A stretch of DNA of 62,732 nucleotides, counting the filler, from Aduncisulcus paluster (lineage: Eukaryota), in NCBI GenBank assembly GCA_024181965.1. It is 5 parts of 5 records of this genome, joined end to end, with 100 filler letters (N's around TTAATTAATTAA, not from the genome) between each part and the next. Parts side by side here need not be neighbours in the genome. Positions count along the whole stretch, not along the records: positions 1 to 14,107 come from BQXS01012590.1; 4 more parts are not named here. One strand, given 5' to 3'. Within the stretch, counting starts at the first letter, position 1, and each line of letters begins with the position of its first letter. Shown in pieces: positions 1-11,088 of this stretch. The notes below the pieces were generated by a model. It was not told the origin of the DNA and did not search any database. It worked only from the letters and a program-made list of their open reading frames with translations. The translations under genes were made by a program, and so were the position numbers.

Positions 1-285
1 TCCTAGTTTTCTTGCTGCAATGGTTGTTCCACGATGTACTTGTGCACCCCTGCTTCGTGCAAGGGATTCAATTGCTCCTTGAATGATTTTTGTACCTTGA
101 TCAACGTCTCCTTCTTCCTCAAGTTCTTTCTTCAACGCTTTTTCCTCATGCACCATGTCTCGGAGCGAATGGAACTTTATATGCTGTTGAGTTGCCTTTA
201 AAAAGGCATGATATAAGCAATATCCATCTCCTGGAACGTTTTCAATTGTGATTCCATGATGTTTAGCTAGTTTGTCTTCATCCAT
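1..285 (-). CDS. OTU-family cysteine protease/deubiquitinase, 5' part (runs off window)
   Basis: Manual translation MDEDKLAKHHGITIENVPGDGYCLYHAFLKA... contains the OTU catalytic loop VPGDGxCLYHA. In-frame stop upstream of the ATG at 285; frame open to base 1. Not in the ORF track. Confidence 0.75.
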   Translation of the reverse strand, partial: MDEDKLAKHHGITIENVPGDGYCLYHAFLKATQQHIKFHSLRDMVHEEKALKKELEEEGDVDQGTKIIQGAIESLARSRGAQVHRGTTIAARKLG

Positions 286-1395
286 TATCTATCTTGCGCA
301 CCAATCAATAATATTTTTTAATAATCGTTATTCTCGGATATAAATATGATTAATATACAAAATTATTATAATAAAATCTGCTTTTATTGGTTATTTTTGT
401 ATTTTTTTGAAAGTTTTGTTTTTGCTGGCTTCTTGACCTATTATTTTCATTTTTAATGAAGTTTTAGCCATAAATATACAAAAGTTATAAAGAATTTAGA
501 GGTTTTATTATGAATTTAATCTATATTCAAGGCGATAACATTTTAACGGTATTTTTGACCGAAATTGGCGATATGAACAATACCGGCAAAATGTTCTCGC
601 CTGCGCGAAGGGAATTTTCAACTATTTTTTCTATTTTCTATTAAATTTGTTGAAATTATGAAAGATGTATGGGTTTTTATTTCTGTAATGGGTGTAGCTA
701 AAGATATCTTAGGTACCGGCAACTGCCGGTACCGGCAAAACTGACTACTGCCGTGATGATATTCTCGAAAATACCTTATAAATGATATTTACCCCCTAAA
801 ATTATAGCGATACGGAATAAAAATGAACGTTTAGTTAATGTTTATTGAAATAGTTAACAATGACAAATTGCATTTTACCTTATCTTCATTTTGGGTTTTT
901 CTTGTCAAATTATTTTTTATTTTTTGTATCATTACCAAATTTGATTTATATTTAATATACCGNNNNNNNNNNNNNNNNNNNNTAAAGAATTTAGAGGTTT
1001 TATTATGAATTTAATCTATATTCAAGGCGATAACATTTTAACGGTATTTTTGACCGAAATTGGCGATATGAACAATACCGGCAAAATGTTCTCGCCTGCG
1101 CGAAGGGAATTTTCAACTATTTTTTCTATTTTCTATTAAATTTGTTGAAATTATGAAAGATTTATGGGTTTTTATTTCTGTAATGGGTGTAGCTAAAGAT
1201 ATCTTAGGTACCGGCAACTGCCGGTACCGGCAAAACTGACTACTGCCGTGATGATATTCTCGAAAATACCTTATAAATGATATTTACCCCCTAAAATTAT
1301 AGCGATACGGAATAAAAATGAACGTTTAGTTAATGTTTATTGAAATAGTTAACAATGACAAATTGCATTTTACCTTATCTTCATTTTGGGTTTTT

Positions 1396-1647
1396 GACTC
1401 GGGGGGGTTTATTCAATTGTGATTAGCATATTCTAATAAAGATTTATGGTGTTCGTATTGTTCCAAATCACCCAATGCGGAATAAAGTATGTATTAGGAA
1501 AGTTTGTGACGGGTCATTAGGGTGGGACTGAAATTGGTTGCTGTGGGATGATGATTATGTTCGGGTGGGTTGGAGTTTATATTCATAGCCTTATTTGTCA
1601 AACATTTGGTTTGTGAAAGAATTAAGTTGTAATTCTAAAGATTACCA
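1396..1647 (-). mobile_element. 252-bp insertion flanked by a 65-bp direct repeat (retroposed-fragment-like)
   Basis: The 65-mer TAATGTTTATTG...TTTGGGTTTTT occurs at 1331-1395 and 1648-1712 around the insert. The alternative copy of the locus has it once (836-900) with no insert. On the minus strand the insert ends AATAAA-CCCCCCCGAGTC, then an A run. Confidence 0.5.
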
Positions 1648-1774
1648 TAATGTTTATTGAAATAGTTAACAATGACAAATTGCATTTTACCTTATCTTCA
1701 TTTTGGGTTTTTCTTGTCAAATTATTTTTTATTTTTTGTATCATTACCAAATTTGATTTATATTTAATATACCG

Positions 1775-4700
1775 ATGGCTTTTAGGTTTTATTACATCGT
1801 TTATATTTTAACTTTCTGTATTTGTCTCTCGCCCATTTTTTCATATGATTTGGAGAGTGCTGCTGCAGATTTGACAACTTCTATAAATTTATTAGAGGAA
1901 ACTTTGGGGATGATATATGATAAAGATAGATCTACTGCTCTTCTTGAGACTTTGGAAAGTGAATCACTATTATCTTCGAGAAATCATCCATTAATGGCAG
2001 AATGTCTATTTTCCTCTATTAAAGAAATATTTGAAACAGTTGCAAGCGCAGTGGAATCTATTCGAGACGAATATGTTACCAACATTCGGAACTATTATAA
2101 AAATGGCTCTGATAACGTTGAATTTTCTGATTTGTTAGATGGATCTATTCCTCTTTCCGTTGATACAATTAATAATGACATTTGGACTTCTGATAATGGT
2201 TTGATTGACGTTTCATATGATTACTTGTCATATTATTCCGTCAATTCTGCCACGGATTCTATTTCAGAGCATCCTCTCATGTTTAAATCGGTGGAAGAAA
2301 AGATTAAAAATCTGAAAAATATTACATACAAACAATGTACCGAGTTAGGTACTTATGTGGAAGAGTTTGAAGAAGTATTCCCTTTTCTGTCCTTCGATGT
2401 TCACCTTACGGATGGATCAAACATTTCTTACCCCGCATTCAATTATTATGACAAGAATTCCTACTCATCTCTCCTATCCCGTGCCCTATCCGACCCCCGT
2501 TCCTCCGTTCTCTATAAATCTCTTGTTTCGTTGGACATTCCACGTGCTTTTGTCATAATAATCGACCCCTCAATTCCATCGAGCATCTATGACGCAATTA
2601 ACAGCCAGAACTCGTCTGTGATGGACATGTTTGCCTCTGTCACTGTCAGTCTTCTCAGAGATACCGTCCAGTTCATGCTCTCCCAGCTTGCTGAAGGAGA
2701 TGTCATCTCCATCGTGTCCACCGATGGCTCATACATTGGTGGAATAGAGATGGGGGATATCTCATCAATCAGTGTCGGATATGAGGATGAATCTATTTCC
2801 AACTATTCAATATTTGACAAGAATTCCTACTCATCTCTCCTATCCCGTGCCCTATCCGACCCCCGTTCCTCCGTTCTCTATAAATCTCTTGTTTCGTTGG
2901 ACATTCCACGTGCTTTTGTCATAATAATCGACCCCTCAATTCCATCGAGCATCTATGACGCAATTAACAGCCAGAACTCGTCTGTGATGGACATGTTTGC
3001 CTCTGTCACTGTCAGTCTTCTCAGAGATACCGTCCAGTTCATGCTCTCCCAGCTTGCTGAAGGAGATGTCATCTCCATCGTGTCCACCGATGGCTCATAC
3101 ATTGGTGGAATAGAGATGGGGGATATCTCATCAATCAGTGTCGGATATGAGGATGAATCTATTTCCAACTATTCAATATTTGACACCGGTGAGGACCCTC
3201 TCTTTTCTTGTTCCGATGAACTTGATGCCACATCCAATGAAAATTGGTGTTCTACAGGAGCTGTTCAAGTCACAGAGACCATCCTCTTGTCCCTAGAGGA
3301 TAATCTCGATGAATACTTCTCTGAGCTGGAAACAAACTTCTACTCCATGATTAATGTGACATCTCAGAGAACCTCCTACTCATCAGCTTCTAAAAATAGA
3401 TTGGTACGGTCCATAAAACGTGCTCATGATATTCTCATCTCTAGTGTGGATTCAGACGTCTCTATCTTCACTATTTATCACCAAAAGCTAGATAACCCCG
3501 TTGGTTTATCTCGATCTGCCTCTTTAATTGATGATGTCCGTCCAATTTCTCTTGGGTCTCCCTTATTTTTGGGTGTCGTATCTCTGTATTCCTCTATCAA
3601 TGCACATGAGAGACAAATGATATCGGATATTCTCAACAACGAAGAATTGTTATTCACAATCCCAATATTTCTCTCCCTCGGTGTTGACCATCTCCTTGAG
3701 AGCTGTCTCCTCTATGTTTCAGACACTTCCACCATTGCTGGGACATCTACCAAGAACGAGGTATGTACGAACGGAAAGCTGAATTCTTCTCACTCAGTGA
3801 GGAGTGGATCATCATCCAACACCGGACATATTGATATTCCCGAGAGTAATCTTGTGAATATGGTCCGTCTGATGTCAGAGTTTAATGGTTTCTACGAGAC
3901 CATTGATATCATCTCGTACATTGAGTCCATTTCTGCTGCAGATGACTCTGACGATGACACCACCTGTGAGGATGTTGTGTTCTGTTACAATGACACAAAT
4001 ACCCTCGTATTCTCAGAGGTTTCCAGGAATATGGACACATGGTTTGCAGAGATCTCATACTCAATCCTTCAGGAACACCATCTATCCCATTGCTATTCAA
4101 TCGAGCCAGGAGATCCACTCCCATCGTATTCTGGCGTAGGTTTCTGTGAGGCAGGTATCCAAGTTCCCATCTTGACATTCCCTCCCGCTCAGGACATGCA
4201 CACAGGAAAGGCTGTCATTAACACTGGGTTTCCACTGATTACTCCTGAAGGCTTCTTTGGAACAGCTGTTATATCGTTCTCCCTTGAACAATACCTTGAT
4301 AATGTTATGGATTGGGATGGGTTTGACACTGACCATAGTTACACGATGCTCATGTCCAAACACACTTTGTTCTACCATCCGATTACAAATGCTCTGGTTG
4401 AAAATGGTGAAATACCTTCTTTACATTTGATTGATTATCTTGAACAATTCTCACCCTCACGAAAAGAAGACCATCTCAAAACAATTGGATATTCATCTTT
4501 CTCCAACCTTATCGATAATATATTCGAAGATTCCTTACTATCTGGTTGTATCCGCCCCATTACAATCAGTGATTATGGGGACCAAGCGTTTAGAATTGGA
4601 ACCGTGAGCTATGCATGGAAAAGCCTGTTCAATGGTACTTTCTTGGTAGTGAGCCGTATTGGACAGGATGATATTTCCACCTTTGAGATACCTACCATCC

Positions 4701-6337
4701 CTGTTTGTGAAGAAACTGAGAATTCTGCAACATCGCTTGCCAATGTACAAGGGTTTCAGTATTTGTGGGACTTTGAGGATCCATTTGATGAGTCTGTTGA
4801 CGATTCAGATGCGGAGTTGTGCCGTTTCCCACCACCAAGATCCTCTGAGGAAGAAGAAGGGATTCGGATGGAACAGGTCCTTGGTGTTTGGGACCAACTT
4901 ATCCAAGTACCTTCTCTTTGGCATTCCTATGGTTTTGGTTACTATGAAAATGATACTACAAGGTATCTTAAACCCACTTTACAAGTCGATTGGAATCACA
5001 TTGACACTGACCTCATTGAGTATTTGACTGGAACGCCCATGACAATGGATTCAACCCCTACCAGTGCACAGATTGAAATTATGACACGGCAACTGAATGA
5101 TCCAACTCTTCGATTCACGAACAGTGAGAATGAAGAGGTACCAGTGTTGTCTTCTGTCATTTTACAAAGATGCCAACTGTTGCTTCCTTTCCTTCGTTCA
5201 GGGCAGATGGCAAGTCTGTTGCAAGGTTCTGATTCTGTTTTTTATACTGGAGAGTCCCAGTTCGTTGGATTTGCAACAACCTTTGGATCCCTTGGCCTTT
5301 ATCCTGGTTATTATGTTCCCCCGAGTTATTCTGTGCTTACTCGGTCATGGTACTATAATTCTTTGCCGAGTGAGTCGAAACTGTCACTTGAGTCACCCAA
5401 TTATAACCCTTACATTGAGAATGGGATAACCATGAAGATTGTGCATAATATATTCTTTAACAATTCTCCCTTAATTTCTGCGTTGATAGAGCTCTACGTC
5501 ACCGCTTTCTCTGACTTTATCGATTGTTCTGAATGTTTGGGTGTCGATGATGGTTCACTAACATATCTCTTCATTTCAGACGTTGGAAATATTTTATGGA
5601 GTTCAAACGATTCATATATTGACATTCTATATGAAAACATGGATGCTGGTACTTTTGCCAATTTATTTGAGACAGCTCCTTGCATAGCTAATCAACTCCT
5701 CGACCATAAGGTTTTACACTCATTTGACTATCTTTCTGAACAAGGATATATCGAGAATGGCTTTGTTTTCGATGAAGATACCACCAACCTGCCTAAAATT
5801 GTCGTCAACTCCACCACTGTGTATTTCAAGGTTCTGAATGAAGAATATCTTGATGATAGTTCATATTGGGTCAGCGATCCACCCATTGCCGTTGTTATTT
5901 TTGGCGAGTTTAAAGGGATTGGACTTATTTTCCCATCAGAAGTGAGCCAAAACACTTGTGAAGTTCGTGTTGAAGATTCTCGTGATATTATCGTTGTTGA
6001 CACTGCATTTTCATGGTGTTGCAAATCTATTTTCTTAAGTGTTCTTAATTCCATTGTTGCTGGCCATTCAAGAACAAATTTGGTAAATTTGCACTTTAAA
6101 CTGAGTGAATCTTGGCGTGAGAGAGGAAGAAATTCATGGGGTTGGGGTTCAGGAATTAGTCTTTCCGATAGAAATGCTGCGATATCTACCAATTCTTTGA
6201 TTGTTTTGGGTTTGTTATGTGGCGGATTGCTCATTATTTTGATATCATTTTCTGTTTTAATGTGTTATAAATCAGGGAGCTATCTTAAAAAACAAACAAC
6301 AAGGAATGGTGCAAAAAATGATCCTAAAAAGTTATAA
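1775..6337 (+). CDS. Large type I membrane protein, alpha2delta/CACHD1-like (degenerate VWA plus Cache domains)
   Basis: N-terminal signal peptide and C-terminal TM. DPRSSVLY..PRAFVIIIDPS resembles alpha2delta DPRxRxWY..PKxVVIxxDxS; YPG...YSVLTRSWYY..SPNYNPY resembles the dCache motif. Contains an exact 366-bp in-frame duplication. Confidence 0.6.
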   Translation: MAFRFYYIVYILTFCICLSPIFSYDLESAAADLTTSINLLEETLGMIYDKDRSTALLETLESESLLSSRNHPLMAECLFSSIKEIFETVASAVESIRDEYVTNIRNYYKNGSDNVEFSDLLDGSIPLSVDTINNDIWTSDNGLIDVSYDYLSYYSVNSATDSISEHPLMFKSVEEKIKNLKNITYKQCTELGTYVEEFEEVFPFLSFDVHLTDGSNISYPAFNYYDKNSYSSLLSRALSDPRSSVLYKSLVSLDIPRAFVIIIDPSIPSSIYDAINSQNSSVMDMFASVTVSLLRDTVQFMLSQLAEGDVISIVSTDGSYIGGIEMGDISSISVGYEDESISNYSIFDKNSYSSLLSRALSDPRSSVLYKSLVSLDIPRAFVIIIDPSIPSSIYDAINSQNSSVMDMFASVTVSLLRDTVQFMLSQLAEGDVISIVSTDGSYIGGIEMGDISSISVGYEDESISNYSIFDTGEDPLFSCSDELDATSNENWCSTGAVQVTETILLSLEDNLDEYFSELETNFYSMINVTSQRTSYSSASKNRLVRSIKRAHDILISSVDSDVSIFTIYHQKLDNPVGLSRSASLIDDVRPISLGSPLFLGVVSLYSSINAHERQMISDILNNEELLFTIPIFLSLGVDHLLESCLLYVSDTSTIAGTSTKNEVCTNGKLNSSHSVRSGSSSNTGHIDIPESNLVNMVRLMSEFNGFYETIDIISYIESISAADDSDDDTTCEDVVFCYNDTNTLVFSEVSRNMDTWFAEISYSILQEHHLSHCYSIEPGDPLPSYSGVGFCEAGIQVPILTFPPAQDMHTGKAVINTGFPLITPEGFFGTAVISFSLEQYLDNVMDWDGFDTDHSYTMLMSKHTLFYHPITNALVENGEIPSLHLIDYLEQFSPSRKEDHLKTIGYSSFSNLIDNIFEDSLLSGCIRPITISDYGDQAFRIGTVSYAWKSLFNGTFLVVSRIGQDDISTFEIPTIPVCEETENSATSLANVQGFQYLWDFEDPFDESVDDSDAELCRFPPPRSSEEEEGIRMEQVLGVWDQLIQVPSLWHSYGFGYYENDTTRYLKPTLQVDWNHIDTDLIEYLTGTPMTMDSTPTSAQIEIMTRQLNDPTLRFTNSENEEVPVLSSVILQRCQLLLPFLRSGQMASLLQGSDSVFYTGESQFVGFATTFGSLGLYPGYYVPPSYSVLTRSWYYNSLPSESKLSLESPNYNPYIENGITMKIVHNIFFNNSPLISALIELYVTAFSDFIDCSECLGVDDGSLTYLFISDVGNILWSSNDSYIDILYENMDAGTFANLFETAPCIANQLLDHKVLHSFDYLSEQGYIENGFVFDEDTTNLPKIVVNSTTVYFKVLNEEYLDDSSYWVSDPPIAVVIFGEFKGIGLIFPSEVSQNTCEVRVEDSRDIIVVDTAFSWCCKSIFLSVLNSIVAGHSRTNLVNLHFKLSESWRERGRNSWGWGSGISLSDRNAAISTNSLIVLGLLCGGLLIILISFSVLMCYKSGSYLKKQTTRNGAKNDPKKL
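2449..3180 (+). repeat. Exact 366-bp tandem duplication inside CDS
   Basis: 2449-2814 equals 2815-3180, with TGACA microhomology at the junctions; probably an assembly or amplification artefact. Confidence 0.9.
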
Positions 6338-6974
6338 TATATTTTTAACTTAATTATGTGAGAGTATTCTTTCTTCCGTTTAAAACTTCTTTTGTTTTAT
6401 CTATCTATTTATTTATAGGTTTTTTTTTCATTCATTTTAAAATTTACTATTTTTCTAAACCTTTCTTTCTTTTTCTTTCATCTTGTATTCTGAATTGAAA
6501 TTCGAGAATTCATTAATTGATCTGATTTGATTATTTGTTTTGTTATTGTTATATATATTTATGATATGAATAATATCTATATTAGATATTGTTATTTGTA
6601 TTTTTCATGTTTCTTTTTTAAAAATTTTGAAAATATATAATCATCGAAATATCCACTTTTGTTGTTAAATCCACATCTATCCATATTTACATTGTTGCTA
6701 AAGGTATGGAGTATCGTATTCTACATTTAGAATTTTATTTTTAAATTTTAATATTTGTTTCCTTGTAGTGGCCACTACATCCTCCTGGTAGAAACTTCAG
6801 AATGTCTTGCTTACGAAGCTTATTTACCACTGACCACACCTAAATATTATTAGTAAAAATATTATATTTTAAATTGTTGAGCTTCAACCTTTTTAAATAA
6901 GTTGCCAATTGTCAAAATAGAATAGCGCAAAGATTTTATATTTTTTGATATACTTTATGAACTTTCTCAACAAT

Positions 6975-7058
6975 GCAAGAGTGGCCGAGTGGTCTAAGGC
7001 GCAGGATTTAGGCTCCTGTATACATTAGTATGCGTGGGTTCGAACCCCACCTCTTGCA
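6975..7058 (+). tRNA. tRNA-Leu (anticodon TAG)
   Basis: Acceptor GCAAGAG/CTCTTGC+A; D arm GCCGAGTGGTCTAAGGC; anticodon arm CAGGA-TTTAGGC-TCCTG; long variable arm; T arm GTGGG-TTCGAAC-CCCAC; followed by TTTT. Confidence 0.95.
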
Positions 7059-7590
7059 TTTATTAACTTAATTCAATTTTTCCTTTCTCTAAAAAGTTTT
7101 AAGACACTTCCATGTAATAACTGATAAATATCTGATTTATCTCGAAAATTTATCAGCTAACACCAAGATAGAAACAAAAGACAATTTCATGGATTAATGA
7201 GACATTTTGTTACATATATCACAGCTTATATCAAGTCAAACACTTCCAACAGTTTGTGGATTGTGCTGGTTTATCTTCAACAATCACCACAGCCGACCAA
7301 GCGAATGAAGTTTATCACCATCGCATTTTCTACAGAAGATGGTGAAATATAAAAACCAAGATATTCATTGAGAATATATTTTATCCCGCTTTTGTTCCAT
7401 TATATGCGTCCTCTTCGCCCAAACGATGCTGAGATTTGTTTGATCGTTTCAAACGTAAAGTTTACGTTTGTTCTGGAAAAGTCAAGATGGTTCAAAATTC
7501 ATCCTCATTCCCAAAGACCTGAAGTTTGTTCTTTTTTTTTTGCTTTTTTCTTTGCGTATAAGCATCTTAAAACAATCTTATATTCACAAA

Positions 7591-8346
7591 ATGGGAAAAG
7601 ATTTGAAGAATTGTAAAGTTTTGATCACCGGTGGAACCAAAGGCATTGGTAAAGAGATTGCTCTGAGTTTCAGCAAGCGTTGGCAAGCACACCTGATCCT
7701 TGTTGGTAGAAAAGTGTCCGAGCTTGAAGAGGCCAAGAAGGAATGTTTGAGCCAAGGTGCTTCCTCCGTTAACTTTGTTGCCGTCGATTTGTTGTCTGGA
7801 TCTCTCGACGGTATTGTCGATGCTTGCAAGGATGGCATTGATATCTTCGTGTGCAATGCTGGATGCTTCACCGAGACTCCCGTTGGTCGTGAATGCACCG
7901 AGCAGACCCTTGCTTCCATGGAAAGAGTCATCAAGCTCAACCTTCAGATCCCCATGTTGTTGACAGCCCGTATCACTCCTCTGATCATCAAGGGCCAGGA
8001 AGCTCGTGACAAGGCTGGTCTCGACCGTATCGGTTGCTTGCTCTACGTGAACTCCATGGCTGCCTTTGAGTGCATGGGTGTTTACTCTGCTTACGGTGCC
8101 TCCAAGGAGGGTCTCCTCGCCTTCACCAAGTGTGTGTTCAAGGAAGTTCGTACCGAGGGTATCAAGGTGTGTTCCATCCACCCTGCATGTGTGTCCACAG
8201 ACCTCCTGTCCTACTTGGACGCCTTCGACTTGAAGAAGATGATCCTCCCCAAGGAAGTCGCCGACGCTGCACTCTTCGTCGCTGAGGCCGAGTCTTACTG
8301 TCCTCTCGTCTTCCAAATGGAGAACCAGATTCCCCCAGTGAAATGA
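7591..8346 (+). CDS. Classical short-chain dehydrogenase/reductase (SDR)
   Basis: TGGTKGIG, NAG, catalytic S and YGASK motifs. ATG at 7591; strong C/T-ending codon bias suggests high expression. Confidence 0.92.
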   Translation: MGKDLKNCKVLITGGTKGIGKEIALSFSKRWQAHLILVGRKVSELEEAKKECLSQGASSVNFVAVDLLSGSLDGIVDACKDGIDIFVCNAGCFTETPVGRECTEQTLASMERVIKLNLQIPMLLTARITPLIIKGQEARDKAGLDRIGCLLYVNSMAAFECMGVYSAYGASKEGLLAFTKCVFKEVRTEGIKVCSIHPACVSTDLLSYLDAFDLKKMILPKEVADAALFVAEAESYCPLVFQMENQIPPVK

Positions 8347-8533
8347 AAATGACCGCTGTCCTTTTTGATTTTCTCGATCCACTCTTTTCTTTTACAGAAA
8401 GGAACAAATAAAAAATAACCCGCTACTCCTATTCTCTACGTTGTATTTTAACTTTTGATCATCTTGCTCATTGATCCTGTGAGAGCCTTTCTACGTTTTT
8501 ACTTTTCGACGTTTTCTATTCTTTCTTCCCCCT

Positions 8534-8644
8534 TATTATTATTATTATTATTGTTGTTGTTGTCATCATCATTGGCTCTCAACTCTATCTCCTCATCCAT
8601 CAACACGTCACTTCACCGTGCACGTCATATCTCTCTATCTCTCT

Positions 8645-8685
<41 letters not shown>
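8534..8685. repeat. Microsatellites (TTA/TTG)n, (CT)n, (CA)n
   Basis: Directly visible simple repeats downstream of the SDR. Confidence 0.9.
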
Positions 8686-8687
<2 letters not shown>

Positions 8688-10006
8688 GTCTTCCGTGTCT
8701 TCTTAGTTCTTAGTTAATTATGTCTTTGTCTCTTTTAAGTAGCAGTAAAAAAAAAAAAAAAAAAAAAAGAAAAGAAAGAAATTACAGCCCGTTCCCGTCG
8801 TATCTTTGAGTGGAATTGTTTAATGCTTTGAAAGAACTTCTTTGCTGAGCAATAAACAACAGGAAATATCAACAATTAACATCGATTTAAATAATATATT
8901 ATATCCATTATTAACGTATACCAACATTAAATCGTCCACCTCACCAATTATTTCGGCATTTTCAGGTCAATCCAAAAATAAAATTGACACCGTCACCGTG
9001 GCAGCCATTTCTTTGCCAGCGAATTCATTTTTCTTATTTCCATTCGGAATATTTGAAAAATGGGTCAATTTATAGGGATAGAATAATGACAACGGCAATG
9101 GATCTGGATCTAAACTATTATTATTTCATTTTAAAAATTAATTCTGTTTTGAATTGATTATTTAACCTAATTTTTTTTTTTGACTCTATTTTTTCGAAAG
9201 ATCATCAAGGAACGAATATTTCATTTCAAATACATGAAAATGTATGATTAATGAATGTATTCGACGAGTTCAAGGAGTAGAAACTCGGTGATACTGGCAC
9301 TGCCTGTTGGAATCTGTTCCAACAGAAGGTCGGCCTCCCGACCTGGGGAACACCACCTTTTTTTTGTTCATTTACATATAAAATATAAACCATTTGTTCT
9401 TCGATAAAGACCATAATAAGATCTGTTAATGACGATTAAACTCACCAACAGTAGAGTTACTTATCCATGTCTCGTCAGCAATCCACTTCTTAAAATCGAT
9501 TTGACCTTGAGCATCGTTACAATAACCCAGATAATGGGGCATTTAGATCCCCAAACAACCATGTTTTGAAGATTCGAATTTCGAATCGGATTCAATTTTC
9601 TACAGAGACAAAGTCTTTAAGAGAATGATAAAATCGGCAACTAATTGCGTTTATACAAATCATAATAAATGGATATATGGACATCATGTTGACAACTTAG
9701 GGAGTAATGGAAGTTGTAGCGACTATCGGAAGTTCTGGAAGGGTATATACTAATATCGAGAAATCTCTTCTTGGAAAACACAACCAAGGCAATCATTTTA
9801 CATAGTTATGGTTAGTAGCATAAAACATTCGGACATGGGAGGTCGGGAATGGGTCCAAAATGAAATGGGTCAAATCTAGATATTGCAATCAGAGCATCTG
9901 TGTTTATTTATGATATTATTATCTATTTTTATTTATTTATTCTATGCTATTCTTGGAGTGCATATAAAATATATAAAATATCATATAAATATATATATAT
10001 ATTCAC

Positions 10007-10783
10007 GTCAAATACCAGATCCATGGCAGACCATGTCTCCTTCCAAAAAGATAGTACGAACACACAATCTGTTGAATCACAACAGTATATATCTAGAACA
10101 TAATACTTGTACTACACTACTATTTCTGCCAATGATCATCCAATGGCTTGTGAACAGTTCCTTCCCATTTGTTCAATTCTTTTGGAACGTGATACAATCG
10201 CATCTGTGGAATCGGCTGCTTTGGGAAAAAGATCTTTTGAGTTTCTTTCGCTTGATCCACGAATGCCCTGTCCATTTCCTTCTCATACCCTATGGAACGA
10301 GTGCCTCCAGAAAGGCGTCCAGTCAACTCTCGTGGCTTTGGAACCATCGACACGGTCCCATCATGCACAATCTCAAGCCTTTGACTATAACAGTAGTCAA
10401 ATACCAGATCCATGGCAGACCATGTCTCCTTCCAAAAAGATAGTACGAACACACAATCTGTTGAATCACAACAGTATATATCTAGAACATAATACTTGTA
10501 CTACACTACTATTTCTGCCAATGATCATCCAATGGCTTGTGAACAGTTCCTTCCCATTTGTTCAATTCTTTTGGAACGTGATACAATCGCATCTGTGGAA
10601 TCGGCTGCTTTGGGAAAAAGATCTTTTGAGTTTCTTTCGCTTGATCCACGAATGCCCTGTCCATTTCCTTCTCATACCCTATGGAACGAGTGCCTCCAGA
10701 AAGGCGTCCAGTCAACTCTCGTGGCTTTGGAACCATCGACACGGTCCCATCATGCACAATCTCAAGCCTTTGACTATAACAGT
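10007..10783. repeat. About 389-bp exact tandem duplication
   Basis: GTCAAATACCAGATCC...GACTATAACAGT occurs twice in tandem; out of frame; likely artefact. Confidence 0.85.
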
Positions 10784-10935
10784 GCTCCTTCTCAAAGGAA
10801 TTGGGACGTGAGAACCTTGTCCGGTGCGAGTACGGGAAGGCTTCCTCATATGGACGTTCGAGAGGGTGTTCTTGTTGCGAGGACGAAGAGATGGAATAAC
10901 ACTTCGGCTGTTGACGGACTCGGTCAGCAATGGTC

Positions 10936-10990
10936 CCAGACAACGTTCCAGACAACGTTCCAGACAACGTTCCAGACAACGTTCCAGACA
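10936..10990. repeat. 12-bp minisatellite (CCAGACAACGTT) x about 4.6
   Basis: Directly visible; reads SGTL repeats on the minus strand at the start of ORF 10509-11045. Confidence 0.9.
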
Positions 10991-11088
10991 TAGACATTCC
11001 AAAAAAAGACAAAATGCCGAACAGAACAAGCCAGAAAATATACATATATGTTGTTATTGTTAATTAAAAGGATAAAAATAAATATATA

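Noticed and set aside
2449..3180. 122-aa domain duplication in the alpha2delta-like protein
   Set aside because: Copies appear identical, with microhomology junctions, in an assembly full of such duplications; not credible without read support.
6640..6843. Possible tiny spliced gene (GTATGG..TAG intron near 6704-6768)
   Set aside because: No convincing start codon or recognisable product, and the donor deviates from GTATGT.
7567..8382. Long antisense ORFs over the SDR (and over ACS at 51856-52506)
   Set aside because: Expected shadow of strong C/T-ending codon bias; no independent motifs.
10936..10990. Short direct repeats as a CRISPR array
   Set aside because: No spacers; a simple 12-bp minisatellite in eukaryotic DNA.
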